From a virus: DNA of 64,000 nt. Positions 20,371 through 30,970 of this stretch are shown one piece after another; positions within the stretch are counted from its first letter, which is position 1; every line of letters starts with the position of its first letter. Below the pieces are notes generated by a model. The model was not told the DNA's origin. It worked only from the letters and a program-made list of their open reading frames with translations, and searched no databases. A program made the translations under genes and the position numbers. Location of the stretch: IMG/VR virus record IMGVR_UViG_3300034200_001185, positions 1 to 64,000 of that record; one strand, 5' to 3'.

Positions 20371-21189
20371 ATGCTTTCGATAAAATCCGTTACCCTCGAT
20401 TCATTACAGCTAGATACGATTACAATTCGTTGGGAGATATCGTCTACTTCGGAAGATATTATGCAATACCAATTCGAAGTACTGCGTGGGGAATCAAGTG
20501 GCGGACCATTCGAGGTTATTGCCGGTCCATTTATAGATAGATATATTGCGGTAGATAACATTGCACCACGTAGATTGTCGTGGCGATCTTTACATTACTT
20601 TATACGACTTACCAACGTTAAGACAAATCAAGTAATAGAAACGATTCCGCAAACTCTTAATGCAAAGCTACCACTAGAAGCGCAAGAGATGGTACGGCTT
20701 ATGTCTATGCAACTTAGAGAGTTTACAGGCCGTCCATGTCTAGTGTTTCCCGTTCGTACATTTGGGCAACGATGTACTTGTATAGACCCGCTTACACAAC
20801 GTAGGCAAGTAACATCATGTAAATTATGTTATAATACCGGTTATCTTAGCGGATACCATTATCCTATGGCATCGTATGTAAACATACTTCCATTCGATAA
20901 GGTAAAAGGCGTAAACGAGATGATGATTACTAGCCCAGCAGCTACAAATGCGATTATGACAATCGATCCTATTGTAAAGATCGGAGACTTAATCGTAGAG
21001 AAGGAAGGTACTCGTTGGAGAGTACAGTCCGTTCGTAATTCAGAACGTCTTCGCTCTCCTGTGAGACAAGAAGTAACGCTTACTAGAATATCGGAAGGCG
21101 ATATTGAATTTAGTATGCCGTTAGCATGGCCGAGTGAACTAAAGACATCGCAACGAATGTTCTCACCTAAGATGGACATCGGAGATTAA
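20371..21189 (+). CDS. Putative head-closure/neck protein with Zn finger
   Basis: FN3-like N-terminal domain, RCTC..CKLCYNTGY, beta-barrel C-terminal domain (GDLIVE..RWRV). Between capsid and tail genes. Confidence 0.5.
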   Translation: MLSIKSVTLDSLQLDTITIRWEISSTSEDIMQYQFEVLRGESSGGPFEVIAGPFIDRYIAVDNIAPRRLSWRSLHYFIRLTNVKTNQVIETIPQTLNAKLPLEAQEMVRLMSMQLREFTGRPCLVFPVRTFGQRCTCIDPLTQRRQVTSCKLCYNTGYLSGYHYPMASYVNILPFDKVKGVNEMMITSPAATNAIMTIDPIVKIGDLIVEKEGTRWRVQSVRNSERLRSPVRQEVTLTRISEGDIEFSMPLAWPSELKTSQRMFSPKMDIGD

Positions 21190-21190
21190 A

Positions 21191-21466
21191 ATGAGCAGAG
21201 AAAAGAATCACGCAAAAGAACATATGAAAGATCTCGGTGTTATAGCCGGTGGTACAATAGCGGGTGCAGGCGCAGCATACGCTTTATCAAGAGGAATACG
21301 ATCTAAGTATGGAAAGACTTTAGAACGTATTGATCCTAAAGATCGTCTTAAGTACTTAGCGCCAGCAATAGGTGCGCTTGGTACAGCAGGCGCGATTGCG
21401 CATATGCAACAAAAGGCGCATTCATATAATGAGAAGAAGGCTAGCATTTACTTGGAGAACGTATGA
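21191..21466 (+). CDS. Small Gly-zipper membrane protein
   Basis: LGVIAGGTIAGAGAAYAL and LAPAIGALGTAGAIA. Confidence 0.6.
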   Translation: MSREKNHAKEHMKDLGVIAGGTIAGAGAAYALSRGIRSKYGKTLERIDPKDRLKYLAPAIGALGTAGAIAHMQQKAHSYNEKKASIYLENV

Positions 21467-22152
21467 TACCTACTAACTCGCCTCCCATATTACATAAGTC
21501 CGAAAGAGAATCGAATTTAATGTTCGATCCTATTGCTCACTGTGTTCGCGTACTAATCGGATTCACTCAAGGTTTATTCGGTAATATGGAAAGCGGTCAG
21601 TATCGATGGTCACCGGATCCAGAACATACGGAGATTACAATTACAGGCGCATACCCACTTACATTACAAGCGATCAACATGAGGCCTGCGATTGTTTGCG
21701 TACACGGTCAGTCGGCGTATCTTAATTTAAGTATGGCTAGCTTTGAAACGATTAATATGCATACAGGAAATAAAGTATATCGCGATGTACTTGCTTGCAA
21801 TGCGGTATTCCATGTAGTAAGTAGAACAGGCGCAGAAGCGTCTCGCCTTGCGTGGTTTCTCGCAAGTCAGATAAAAGCGCTTAGAGTATTCTTACAAAGG
21901 CAAGGCCCATTCACTCGTATAGGTCACGACATTACGATAGGGGGCGAAAGTCCTCCAGGCGGATTGATACAAGATAACGCAGACGGCGGTGCCGTTAGCG
22001 TACAAGTAATAGTACCGTTTTTTGTTCCGCACAAATGGGAAGTACTAGAACCAGCGTATAAAAACGATAACATAAAAATTGACATGAGCGTTGAGCCTAA
22101 AAATGATACGATCCAAATAAGCGAATCTATCATAATTACTAAGGAGCCATAG
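21463..22152 (+). CDS. Putative tail terminator/completion protein
   Basis: Position directly before the sheath gene; alpha/beta pattern. Confidence 0.45.
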   Translation: MIPTNSPPILHKSERESNLMFDPIAHCVRVLIGFTQGLFGNMESGQYRWSPDPEHTEITITGAYPLTLQAINMRPAIVCVHGQSAYLNLSMASFETINMHTGNKVYRDVLACNAVFHVVSRTGAEASRLAWFLASQIKALRVFLQRQGPFTRIGHDITIGGESPPGGLIQDNADGGAVSVQVIVPFFVPHKWEVLEPAYKNDNIKIDMSVEPKNDTIQISESIIITKEP

Positions 22153-25100
22153 ATGGAACAAGTAAAAAAACCCGGAGTGGAAATTACACAAGTTGTAAGC
22201 GGTACTACTCCCGCAGTATCAAGCCCAAGTTTAATTCCTTGCGTAATTGGGCCTGCGTTTGAGGTTGTAGATCTGTTAAACGCAGATAGCACACTCAACG
22301 CAGACGCTGAGCTTAAAAACTCTCAAGGAAACGCAGTACCGTATACACAAGTACCCCTTTCGATTAGTACACAAGACTTTCCTACAATCCACGTACAAGA
22401 CAAGGATCAAATGCAAGTACTTCAAGACGAAGTACAAGTTGCATTGTTTAGTAGCGGTGAGATCAATCAACTAGATGTACGTCCTAGTTCTGCGTTTTTA
22501 GCATTCGCAAATAAGGCTACACGTGCCGGACTTTTCTTTTATCCAAACGATGATCCTGCGAACTTTAATCTAAAGATGAATATCGCAATCGACCAAAGAA
22601 ACGTACTTGACGTAACATCCGACTTTAGACTTAATATTGCTGCGTCTAGCTTAGATTCTCTCGTTACTAAACTAGCAACAGAGTTAAGCGGTTATGCTAC
22701 CGTTACTAAAAAAACATACACAGTAAGCGGTAGCGAAAAGACTGGCGTGCTTATTCAATCAAACCGTTATGGCGCAGCAAGTAGTATTACACTCCGTAAA
22801 ATATCTAACGGCGTCCAAGCAGAACACGCTACACCTTGGGGACTTGATAACACACTTAGCTATCGCGTAACAGGTGCCGGCTTTACAGCATTTGACAGCG
22901 GTATATCTGCGACATCTGCATATGTGACTTGGGCAGTAGAAACATCCGTTAAGGGCTCATCTCTTTCAGATACTACCGATCTAAGTAGCACAAGATTAAT
23001 TCCAAAATGGGCTAACGAAGATGGCACAGTTTCAAGTAGCGTACAAAGTCAAATTACATTCGGTAGCACAGGCGATATTCCTATTAAAGCAGCTACATCG
23101 ATCAGTGATGGCGATTTGTTTTACACAACATCAGGCGGATTTGGTGCGAATGTAAGTGGTGTACAAATTATTCAAGTAGAATCAACACGTTTTAAATTGG
23201 GTAGAGTAGATACCGCACGTAGTACATATGATGCAAACGGTACTCCTACAAATCAAAAGTATATTGAATATCCTCTTAACATTCTTAGCGCAAGCTCTCC
23301 GTTTGCACCTAAGAACGCTTTCTTCGTTGCAAAGAATATTACCGAAGAAAATACCGATTCTACCTTTGCAAGCGTAAGCGGTGAAATTACACACGTATCA
23401 TATTCAGAAGCAACATCTGCAAGCGTAGTACTCGAATTTGCGTCCTTTCCTCTTTCCGGATCTACTGGTACAAGTTTAAGTATTACATCGATTGTAAACG
23501 AAGGTACACCTACTACATTCTCGATTACAGTAGATCAAGACTTTGCAGATGAAGATTCTTTAGTAGCATCGTTTCAAGCTCAGCTAGACGCGCAAGATAG
23601 CAATATCGTAGTAAGCTCTCCGAACAATAACCTCATCAAAATAGAATCCGTTTCTAAAGGTAAGGGACAAGAAATATCGATTACCGGTAACTTCTTATCT
23701 AGTACAACATCATCGGCAGAAACCGTTCTTACAGGCGTTGGTACTGATAGCACCGTTACAGGATTACAAGGTGATACGCTTGCTATTAATTTCAACGGCT
23801 CTTCAAAAGACATTTCGATTAATGCAATCACAGGTTCTATCGAGGACTTTGTAGCAAACATTAATGAAACAATCGGTTACACCGTCTGTACCTTTGACTC
23901 AGCAGACGCAGTGATTGAATTATCGTCTTACTTAAAAGGCGTAGGCGGTAGTATCATTGTTCGTAAAGGTACACTTGCTGCCCTTCTCGGATTCTCATCA
24001 TCCGTAGATACATCAAGCACCGGTACAGGTCGTCCAAATCCCGATCTACTCGTAAACTCAGATGGATCAATTAAGATCGGTGCAGAAATATTACGTAATC
24101 CTTTAAATGGTAAACCAACACAAGGGATTGCGAATATTTACATTGCATATAGAGCATTACGTTTAGATTTAACTGCGATTGCAAACCAACCCGGCCTTAT
24201 TAAAGTATCGTCCCTTGCGGATATTAACTCGGTATACGGTCCAATCAGTACTCGTAATCCACTCGGCTTAGGCTTGTACTTTACATTGCTTAACGCAGGT
24301 GACGGTGTAGAAATATCCGCACTTGGTGTAAGCGATGTTAGTAGCGCCGAGCCAAACGGTACAGCATTATCTTACATTGAGGCGATCGAGTTCTTACGTT
24401 CTTACGAAGTATATTCAATCGCTCCTCTTAGTTCTAGCGAACAAGTGATCGAGGCGATTGATAAGCATGTAAAAGAATTAAGCGATCCTTTGCTTAGAGC
24501 AGAACGTGTTGTCATTACCGCTCCTACTAATCCAACTAGACGTAATCCACGTGTTGTACTTAGCGGATCAAATAGCCAAAGCACTGGTAACTTAGATCAA
24601 ATCGATTTAAATAGTACACCAGAAGCCGTACTTGGTAGCGAAGGCGTTGATACAAGCTCAACAATTCCATTCCAACTCGCAGACGGAAGACAACTGTTTG
24701 TAACAATGTCTTTTGGCGATGATGTTCGTAATTACAGTGTTAAAGAAGTAGACGGTTCACGTATTACCATTAATCGTTCCTTATCGAACGCACAAAATGG
24801 TGATGGATTTTATTCCGTAGAATCTTTACCAAGTGAATTTTCGTCTATATCGTTCTCTCTTCAATTACGTGGCACATTGCTTACAATTTTAGGGTCGAAT
24901 AAGTTAGACAAGACAGCATACGCACAAACAATTAGAGATAAAGCGCAACAATATGCGAATAGAAGACAATTACGTTTATACCCCGATACCGTACAAGCAG
25001 TACTTGGCGGTGTTAACGTAGCATTGCCTTCTTTCTATTACGCTTGTGCGATTGCAGGTGCGTGTTCTTCAGTTGCACCACAAGAACCCTTTACTCGTAG

Positions 25101-25539
25101 AAAGTTACTCGGTTTCGTAGATGTAATCGGACCTGCACTCGAAAGCACTCAGTACGATATTATTTCTGCTGGTAACTCAGTAATCGAAGTAGAATCTTCT
25201 GGTGAAGTACCTGCGCTTAGAATACAAGCTACAACCGATGTATCTTCGATTGAATCTAGAGAATGGAGTGTTACTCGCGCCGTCGACTACTTTGCAAAGA
25301 CAATAAGAAATGCTTTGCGTAGACGCATAGGATCGTTTAATATTACTCAAGCATATATCGATGACTTGTCTACATTGCTCGATAGTGCTTGTACAAGTGC
25401 ATCGGATGCCGGTTTATTTAAATCTGCGTCAGTAACTAAGTTAGAACAAGACAAGAGCCAACCAGATTCGCTATTATGCGAAATAAAGGTTGAAGTATTG
25501 TATCCCGCAAATTATATCAAGATTAAAATCGTAATCTAA
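22153..25539 (+). CDS. Contractile tail sheath protein (1128 aa, large insertion domains)
   Basis: N-terminal KPGVEITQ..PCVIG. C-terminal sheath signature QEPFTRRKLLGF..REWSVTRAVDY..IGSFNIT..YPANYIKIKIVI. Confidence 0.85.
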   Translation: MEQVKKPGVEITQVVSGTTPAVSSPSLIPCVIGPAFEVVDLLNADSTLNADAELKNSQGNAVPYTQVPLSISTQDFPTIHVQDKDQMQVLQDEVQVALFSSGEINQLDVRPSSAFLAFANKATRAGLFFYPNDDPANFNLKMNIAIDQRNVLDVTSDFRLNIAASSLDSLVTKLATELSGYATVTKKTYTVSGSEKTGVLIQSNRYGAASSITLRKISNGVQAEHATPWGLDNTLSYRVTGAGFTAFDSGISATSAYVTWAVETSVKGSSLSDTTDLSSTRLIPKWANEDGTVSSSVQSQITFGSTGDIPIKAATSISDGDLFYTTSGGFGANVSGVQIIQVESTRFKLGRVDTARSTYDANGTPTNQKYIEYPLNILSASSPFAPKNAFFVAKNITEENTDSTFASVSGEITHVSYSEATSASVVLEFASFPLSGSTGTSLSITSIVNEGTPTTFSITVDQDFADEDSLVASFQAQLDAQDSNIVVSSPNNNLIKIESVSKGKGQEISITGNFLSSTTSSAETVLTGVGTDSTVTGLQGDTLAINFNGSSKDISINAITGSIEDFVANINETIGYTVCTFDSADAVIELSSYLKGVGGSIIVRKGTLAALLGFSSSVDTSSTGTGRPNPDLLVNSDGSIKIGAEILRNPLNGKPTQGIANIYIAYRALRLDLTAIANQPGLIKVSSLADINSVYGPISTRNPLGLGLYFTLLNAGDGVEISALGVSDVSSAEPNGTALSYIEAIEFLRSYEVYSIAPLSSSEQVIEAIDKHVKELSDPLLRAERVVITAPTNPTRRNPRVVLSGSNSQSTGNLDQIDLNSTPEAVLGSEGVDTSSTIPFQLADGRQLFVTMSFGDDVRNYSVKEVDGSRITINRSLSNAQNGDGFYSVESLPSEFSSISFSLQLRGTLLTILGSNKLDKTAYAQTIRDKAQQYANRRQLRLYPDTVQAVLGGVNVALPSFYYACAIAGACSSVAPQEPFTRRKLLGFVDVIGPALESTQYDIISAGNSVIEVESSGEVPALRIQATTDVSSIESREWSVTRAVDYFAKTIRNALRRRIGSFNITQAYIDDLSTLLDSACTSASDAGLFKSASVTKLEQDKSQPDSLLCEIKVEVLYPANYIKIKIVI

Positions 25540-25549
25540 GGAGTCTGAT

Positions 25550-26308
25550 ATGAAGTCAGTATTAACAAACGCAGATAAAGCAAAAAGAAGTTTATCATTC
25601 GGTAGTGAACAACCCGTACGCCCACACTCACTCTTTCGTGAAGTAAATGATGTACGTGATGACGTTGAAAAAGCATTTGAAAAGATCGAAGGCAAGGTAA
25701 GCTTTCCAACCTTGTTGGCCGCATCCGGCTCTGTAAGCGAAGCAGACGGTTCAACATCCTTAATCCTAAAGGGTGCGAACTTACTATCTGGAAGATCAAA
25801 GGCGTCTAAGTCCTTTGCAAGCGCTGCTGCCGTAGATTCTTTGTTGTTGACATCAATCAAGCCTGGTATTGCCCAAAATGCGATTACTTTAACAGTAGTA
25901 GCTGGTGGAGGCGCTTTAGATGTATCTGTCGCTAATACTACAGATATTACAGTTACACTTGCCAATGGCGGTAGTACCGTAAATGCAGTAGTTACCGCAA
26001 TCAACGCGGACGCAGAGGCTAAGCTTTTAGTAGCTGCATCCGCTGCTAATAACGGTGCATCTAATTTGAAGGTAGTTGCTAAGACTGCGCTTGAGGGTGG
26101 TACAGGAAACGGCTTATCTGTCACTATTTATGGTATTGACAATGGAGCTTTGATTAGTGAAGCTGGCGTTATCACTGCGTCAAGTGAAACATCTATTAGC
26201 ATCGCTAACGGATGCGGTAATGGTATCGATGAAGGTACACCAGCGCAAATTGTTCTAACAAGTCATACAGTTCAAGCTAATATTCTTAGCCTAATTGCGA
26301 CTGCTTAA
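25550..26308 (+). CDS. Tail-associated structural protein
   Basis: Ala/Ser/Thr-rich beta protein between sheath and tube. SD AAGGAG. Confidence 0.5.
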   Translation: MKSVLTNADKAKRSLSFGSEQPVRPHSLFREVNDVRDDVEKAFEKIEGKVSFPTLLAASGSVSEADGSTSLILKGANLLSGRSKASKSFASAAAVDSLLLTSIKPGIAQNAITLTVVAGGGALDVSVANTTDITVTLANGGSTVNAVVTAINADAEAKLLVAASAANNGASNLKVVAKTALEGGTGNGLSVTIYGIDNGALISEAGVITASSETSISIANGCGNGIDEGTPAQIVLTSHTVQANILSLIATA

Positions 26309-26320
26309 TAGGAGCATGTA

Positions 26321-27058
26321 ATGGCGATTGACTACAAACCATACGAACGGTACGTTCAACAAGGCATGGTCGATGGTCAGTTTGCGTCTGGTGCGTTTAC
26401 CATGATCGCAGCTGGTCCACCTCGTCTAGCTAATGTTCTCGGCACCGATTTCGTTGAAGGGCAAGTTGCATCAGCACTCGCTCAACCAATCGGATTAATT
26501 CAGAATATGTCTCTTAGCCATAACAAGGCTTTTAGCCGTATTTTTGAACTTGGGTCTGAACGTTCTTATCACGTAGCAGGTAGAACACAAGGAAGTATTT
26601 CGCTTAGTAGAATTTACTACCACGGACCTTCTCTCTTACGTATGCTCTACGCTTACTACTCCGATCCAGAGTTGCCTGTACTTGTACCAGCGTTTACATC
26701 ATTAAGCGCTCTTTCACAAGTGGCAAATCCAAATCCACATAACGTTAAGATACGTCCTGGTTTTAATAACTTGTATCTAAATCTTATGAGCGATTTGTTC
26801 TCGCAACCAATCGGCTTGTTAATTAAGACAGTAGATTCAAACGAAGATACAATCGGTGCAGTATATGCAGAAGCTTGTTATATTCCTAATCACTCGTTTA
26901 GCGTAGATGCAAACGGTTTAGTAGTACAAGAATCTGTAGGCGTTCAATTTGAACGTATTGTTCCCGTAAGAGTCACAGCTCTCGACTTGATTCAAAGCGC
27001 TACTGAGGGCTTACTCGGACTGGGCGCTTCTCAGCTTTCGACACCCGGAGAAGTCTAA
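26321..27058 (+). CDS. Tail tube protein
   Basis: IGLIQNMSLSHNK..IFELGS..GSISLSRI..YIPNHSFSVDANGLVVQESVGVQFERI, downstream of the sheath. Confidence 0.75.
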   Translation: MAIDYKPYERYVQQGMVDGQFASGAFTMIAAGPPRLANVLGTDFVEGQVASALAQPIGLIQNMSLSHNKAFSRIFELGSERSYHVAGRTQGSISLSRIYYHGPSLLRMLYAYYSDPELPVLVPAFTSLSALSQVANPNPHNVKIRPGFNNLYLNLMSDLFSQPIGLLIKTVDSNEDTIGAVYAEACYIPNHSFSVDANGLVVQESVGVQFERIVPVRVTALDLIQSATEGLLGLGASQLSTPGEV

Positions 27059-27861
27059 TGAGAGCACTAGAAGTTACTCGTAAACTTGCACGCATTCACT
27101 ATATGAATAAAGTCGCATTTCAAGTATCTCCAATGGTAAGCGAAATGGCTAAACGCCCTGAGCTTATTGGTGGTGCCGTACTTGGCGGTCTTTATGGCGC
27201 GAAGAAGGGTAACGAAAATGCTACTGAAGATCAAAAGGGTATTGGTACAGTAGGTGGTGCGCTTTCAGGTGCAATAGGCGGTGGTATTCTTGGCGCTACC
27301 GGTGGATCTCTCGTAAGGAGTATCCACGGTGGCGACAAGGGTAATTTGTTCAAACGCATTAGCGAGAGCAGAAAAGCACTAGACGCAGAAGCACAAGCAG
27401 CAGGCGCACAAGGCGGTGCCTTTAAGAAATGGTACAAGCCTTACACATCAAGAGTAGGCGATTACGCAAACTCTACCGCACCCGGACAAACCGCATCACG
27501 CTTAGATACGCTAAAGGCGGATATGTCTAAGATTACTGACGATCGAACCCTTTCGCATGCACAACAACTAGCCAAGGTAGACGAGCTAACAAACAAGTCA
27601 AACTTAGGTAAGTATGTAGCTGCAAAGGACGAGCTAGTCGGTAATGCTTGGAAAGCTGGCGTAGGTACTATGATGTTAGGTATGCCAGCTATGCAAGCAG
27701 CAGGCGAGTTCGGTGCCGGACCAGATTCAAGTGCAGTAGCATCCGAGTTAATCACTAAGAGCCAAAACGGCAATAAACTTAGCGGACGAGAAAAGTTCCT
27801 ACTTCGAGAAAAGATAAATGAAATGAAGGCTAAACAAAACGGAGGATCCTCCGCTGTTTAG
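27058..27861 (+). CDS. Gly-zipper membrane protein with K-x-A leader
   Basis: MNKVAF at about aa 17-22; several GxxxG helices. Confidence 0.6.
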   Translation: MRALEVTRKLARIHYMNKVAFQVSPMVSEMAKRPELIGGAVLGGLYGAKKGNENATEDQKGIGTVGGALSGAIGGGILGATGGSLVRSIHGGDKGNLFKRISESRKALDAEAQAAGAQGGAFKKWYKPYTSRVGDYANSTAPGQTASRLDTLKADMSKITDDRTLSHAQQLAKVDELTNKSNLGKYVAAKDELVGNAWKAGVGTMMLGMPAMQAAGEFGAGPDSSAVASELITKSQNGNKLSGREKFLLREKINEMKAKQNGGSSAV

Positions 27862-27866
27862 CGTAC

Positions 27867-28112
27867 TTACTTCTTCAGCCTACGTCTGTATGGCGAAGTT
27901 ACAATACACTTGGCTAGGTTTTCCGCAAACGCAAGACTGCCCATCGACCTCTTTAATTGCATCGCAGTCATTGCTCGATCCTTGCCTACGTCCCTTACTA
28001 ACGCACCCATCTCAGGCGTAAGTTGAGAATTCTCATCCGGTTTTACGTGTTCAGCATGTAAAACTGCTTTTGCTACGACCTTCATGAGTTCGCCTTGTAG
28101 TATTTTAATCAT
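27867..28112 (-). CDS. Hypothetical protein
   Basis: 81-aa ORF coupled to 28109-28369. Confidence 0.5.
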   Translation of the reverse strand: MIKILQGELMKVVAKAVLHAEHVKPDENSQLTPEMGALVRDVGKDRAMTAMQLKRSMGSLAFAENLAKCIVTSPYRRRLKK

Positions 28113-28369
28113 TTCGATACTCCTTTAATATCGTGTGTTGGTGTTTCCTCCCATGCGCATCCGCATTCAGAGCAATCCCATTTCGTGTTCATTTGTTCTT
28201 CAAGAGTTTGTACTGCGTATACGCTTGCACATCTTGGGCATACAATGTGTTCCCTTGTTACGAGGTACATAATCAGATGTCCTTCGTATTCCGCATCAAA
28301 GCGTTTTTTAGCGTAGTTTATCTTCTGCGCGAAGAGTAGTATTACGGGTATAAATACAATCAAGTGCAT
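28109..28369 (-). CDS. Early-type protein with Zn ribbon
   Basis: CPRC..CSEC. Leader AAGGAACGATT-ATG and GTGATAA at 28404-10. Confidence 0.6.
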   Translation of the reverse strand: MHLIVFIPVILLFAQKINYAKKRFDAEYEGHLIMYLVTREHIVCPRCASVYAVQTLEEQMNTKWDCSECGCAWEETPTHDIKGVSK

Positions 28370-28434
28370 AATCGTTCCTTTTTTGTTGTGCGATTGTATA
28401 TCGTTATCACATGATTTAGATCAGAATTACACGC

Positions 28435-28463
28435 TTGCAAACTGTTATTGTATTTGTTAAAGT
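28435..28463 (+). promoter_or_regulatory. Sigma70-like promoter
   Basis: TTGCAA-17-TAAAGT with extended -10 TG. Confidence 0.45.
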
Positions 28464-28489
28464 AACCCATTCTTTAAAGGAGAATACGA

Positions 28490-29758
28490 ATGTTTCCATT
28501 TTCAATCATCGAATTTATAAAGATCGCAGATCACGCAGACGATCGTTTAAGAGAACGGACATCATTACCGGGTGATGTTCTTAATGTACTTAGAAAGCGT
28601 GCTAAAGGCGTTGATATGCCACAAGGTACACACCACGTTGTGCTACCAGACGGATCATATGCTGTAATGAAGGATGTAGGCCGTAAACAACCAAGACACG
28701 TTGTAGCTACAGTACTTGGAAGAGACATGAGTCCGCCTGGAGAAGACATTACGCATTTAGTAATCGGTGGTAAGATAAACGAGAGAGCGCATGGAGAAGA
28801 AGGCTTTGGAAGAAATCAACGACACCAAGCAAGCTCACATTACCGACAGTTTCCAAACGGCTTTGAATCATCATCATCGTTCTCTCAAGTAAAGGTGGCA
28901 TCGCCAAATACGTATGCAGGTAATAAGCTTGCAACGCTTTTATACCCCAAGCAATCTGTTCGTAATCATATTGATCGAATGAACGGAGAGCTTGAGATAC
29001 TTCATATTAACATCGAAGATATCCCAATGTTACCTCCCGCAGAGAATACGGATCCAAGCGTACAAAGAGAATTCGATGATATGATGCAAGTAATGTCAGA
29101 CAAGCCATTGTCAGACGCAATGGTTAAGAAGGCGGATGATGACACATTCGGTATATATGTAGATCTATGCAACTCGCTTGATCTCGATCCGATGTATGAT
29201 AATGCAAGTATTATTGCGGAAGATCTTAGTAAGATTGGATTAATCGTTAAGTATACATTCTTACGACCAAGGCCTGAAATGCTTGCACCATTCTTCGGTA
29301 AGAAGATTACACCACTCGATACAGATACTGCGGATAATCCTTCTTACCCAAGCGGACATGCGCTTGTTGGATACGGGCTTGCTAAGTTTTATTCCGAGTT
29401 ATATCCACAATACGTAGATCAATTCTATTCCGCTGCTGATGCAATCGCAGTAAGTCGTATTCAAGCTGGATTACATTTACCTAGCGATACGGCTTACTCA
29501 AAATTACTCGCAGACTTCTTACTTGGACCAGATACACGTACACCAAAAGTACAACAGAAGAAAGTCGTAGTAGAACCGGTAAAAGTAATGGAAGAAAAGG
29601 TAAAGCCAAAAGAGCAACCGATTGATATTAACGAACTCATGACATACGACTTAGAGCCGGCTAAAAAGGTCGAAGATGATCTAGAAACAAAAACTGCGTC
29701 AGCAAAACCAATCCGTGTTAAAATGTTTAATAACTTAGACAAATTAGTACGGAGGTAA
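28490..29758 (+). CDS. PAP2-superfamily phosphatase/haloperoxidase with extra N-terminal domain
   Basis: K..FLRPRP, PSYPSGHA, SRIQAGLHLPSD. Domains bounded by IKIAD, VKVAS/NKLAT and TKTAS. Confidence 0.8.
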   Translation: MFPFSIIEFIKIADHADDRLRERTSLPGDVLNVLRKRAKGVDMPQGTHHVVLPDGSYAVMKDVGRKQPRHVVATVLGRDMSPPGEDITHLVIGGKINERAHGEEGFGRNQRHQASSHYRQFPNGFESSSSFSQVKVASPNTYAGNKLATLLYPKQSVRNHIDRMNGELEILHINIEDIPMLPPAENTDPSVQREFDDMMQVMSDKPLSDAMVKKADDDTFGIYVDLCNSLDLDPMYDNASIIAEDLSKIGLIVKYTFLRPRPEMLAPFFGKKITPLDTDTADNPSYPSGHALVGYGLAKFYSELYPQYVDQFYSAADAIAVSRIQAGLHLPSDTAYSKLLADFLLGPDTRTPKVQQKKVVVEPVKVMEEKVKPKEQPIDINELMTYDLEPAKKVEDDLETKTASAKPIRVKMFNNLDKLVRR

Positions 29759-29760
29759 TC

Positions 29761-30159
29761 ATGGACGGAAAGAAATTAGTAGCAATCGCAGCTGGTATAG
29801 GCGTAAGCGCATTAGCACTAAAGAAGTATCTCGATTATAAAAAACAACGAGAGATGGAGCATTCTTTAAAACGTAAGATGGTCGTAAATAAAGAAGAAGA
29901 GAAACGAATGCTAAAGACTATGCCTATTAAGAAGGTAAAGTCATCGATGATACACGGCATAGCGGAAGTTAACTCGGATCTACTCGTTCAGTTTAATGAT
30001 GGTCATCGTTATAAGTTTTACAACGTTCCAGAACACGTTAAGAAACAATTGATGACTGCGGGATCACATGGAAAATTCTTTGCGCAAAATATAAAAGACA
30101 AGTACAAGTACGAAAAAGTAGCTGAGCTACAACGAGCCCTATCTGAAAGGACACACTAG
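29761..30159 (+). CDS. KTSC-domain protein with N-terminal membrane anchor
   Basis: SSMIHGI..LLVQFNDGHRYKFYNVP..SHGKFF..IK; N-terminal VAIAAGIGVSALAL. Confidence 0.8.
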   Translation: MDGKKLVAIAAGIGVSALALKKYLDYKKQREMEHSLKRKMVVNKEEEKRMLKTMPIKKVKSSMIHGIAEVNSDLLVQFNDGHRYKFYNVPEHVKKQLMTAGSHGKFFAQNIKDKYKYEKVAELQRALSERTH

Positions 30160-30160
30160 A

Positions 30161-30970
30161 ATGACTTGGTTATTCAAGCAATTAATTCGAGAACAATTAG
30201 GCGAAATGAATATCGATACTACTCACGAAATTCTATACCAAACACCTAAAACAAGCGAGCCAGAGATTGTTGTTGAAAACATCGGTAAGCCATCTTCATC
30301 GTTCATTTATGTATACGGCGATGGTATAGGCGGAGTAGAATATATCGATTCACTTGGAAATGACAGACGAGTAGCAGAGGCAGCAAGAGCGTCATTCGGC
30401 AAGGCAGTATACGAAACAGAGCTTAGAGATAAGGATAAGCGTTTAATTCGTAGACTTAAATCAGACGGACATACATCACCCTTTGAACAAATCGAATTAG
30501 TCGTAAAGATTGTAGCACCTATATTCGTAGCACGTCACTTTCTAAGACACAGAACATTCTCCGTAAACGAGATCAGCCGTAGATTTACAAGCGAGAACAT
30601 GCAGTTCTACTACCCAACCGAGTTTTACACACAAGCCGAAAAGAACTTGCAATGTAGTACTGACGTAGTTGTACCAAATAGCGAAGAGCTCGTTAAACTA
30701 GGCGCAAATTCTACAAATCAATCAATCGAGTGTTATCATAAATTGATTGACAGCGGAGTTAGTAGAGAAGACGCTCGTATGTTCTTACCGCAAAACCTTT
30801 ACACATCTTGGTGGATGAAAGGTAACGGACATAATTGGATTAGCATGTTATATAAGCGTTCTCATCCAGGCGCACAACATCAAACAAGACAAATTGCAGA
30901 TGGTATTAAACAAATATTTATCTCTCGTTTTCCATTTATCGGAGAGCTAGCGTTTCCAAATGAAGAGTAA
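30161..30970 (+). CDS. thyX: Flavin-dependent thymidylate synthase
   Basis: GHTSPFE, RHFLRHR.FS.NEISRR, ARMFLP, AQHQTR. Confidence 0.93.
   Translation: MTWLFKQLIREQLGEMNIDTTHEILYQTPKTSEPEIVVENIGKPSSSFIYVYGDGIGGVEYIDSLGNDRRVAEAARASFGKAVYETELRDKDKRLIRRLKSDGHTSPFEQIELVVKIVAPIFVARHFLRHRTFSVNEISRRFTSENMQFYYPTEFYTQAEKNLQCSTDVVVPNSEELVKLGANSTNQSIECYHKLIDSGVSREDARMFLPQNLYTSWWMKGNGHNWISMLYKRSHPGAQHQTRQIADGIKQIFISRFPFIGELAFPNEE

Noticed and set aside
22153-27058. Extracellular contractile injection system or tailocin rather than a phage
   Set aside because: Terminase, prohead protease, capsid and replication/transcription genes are in the same locus.
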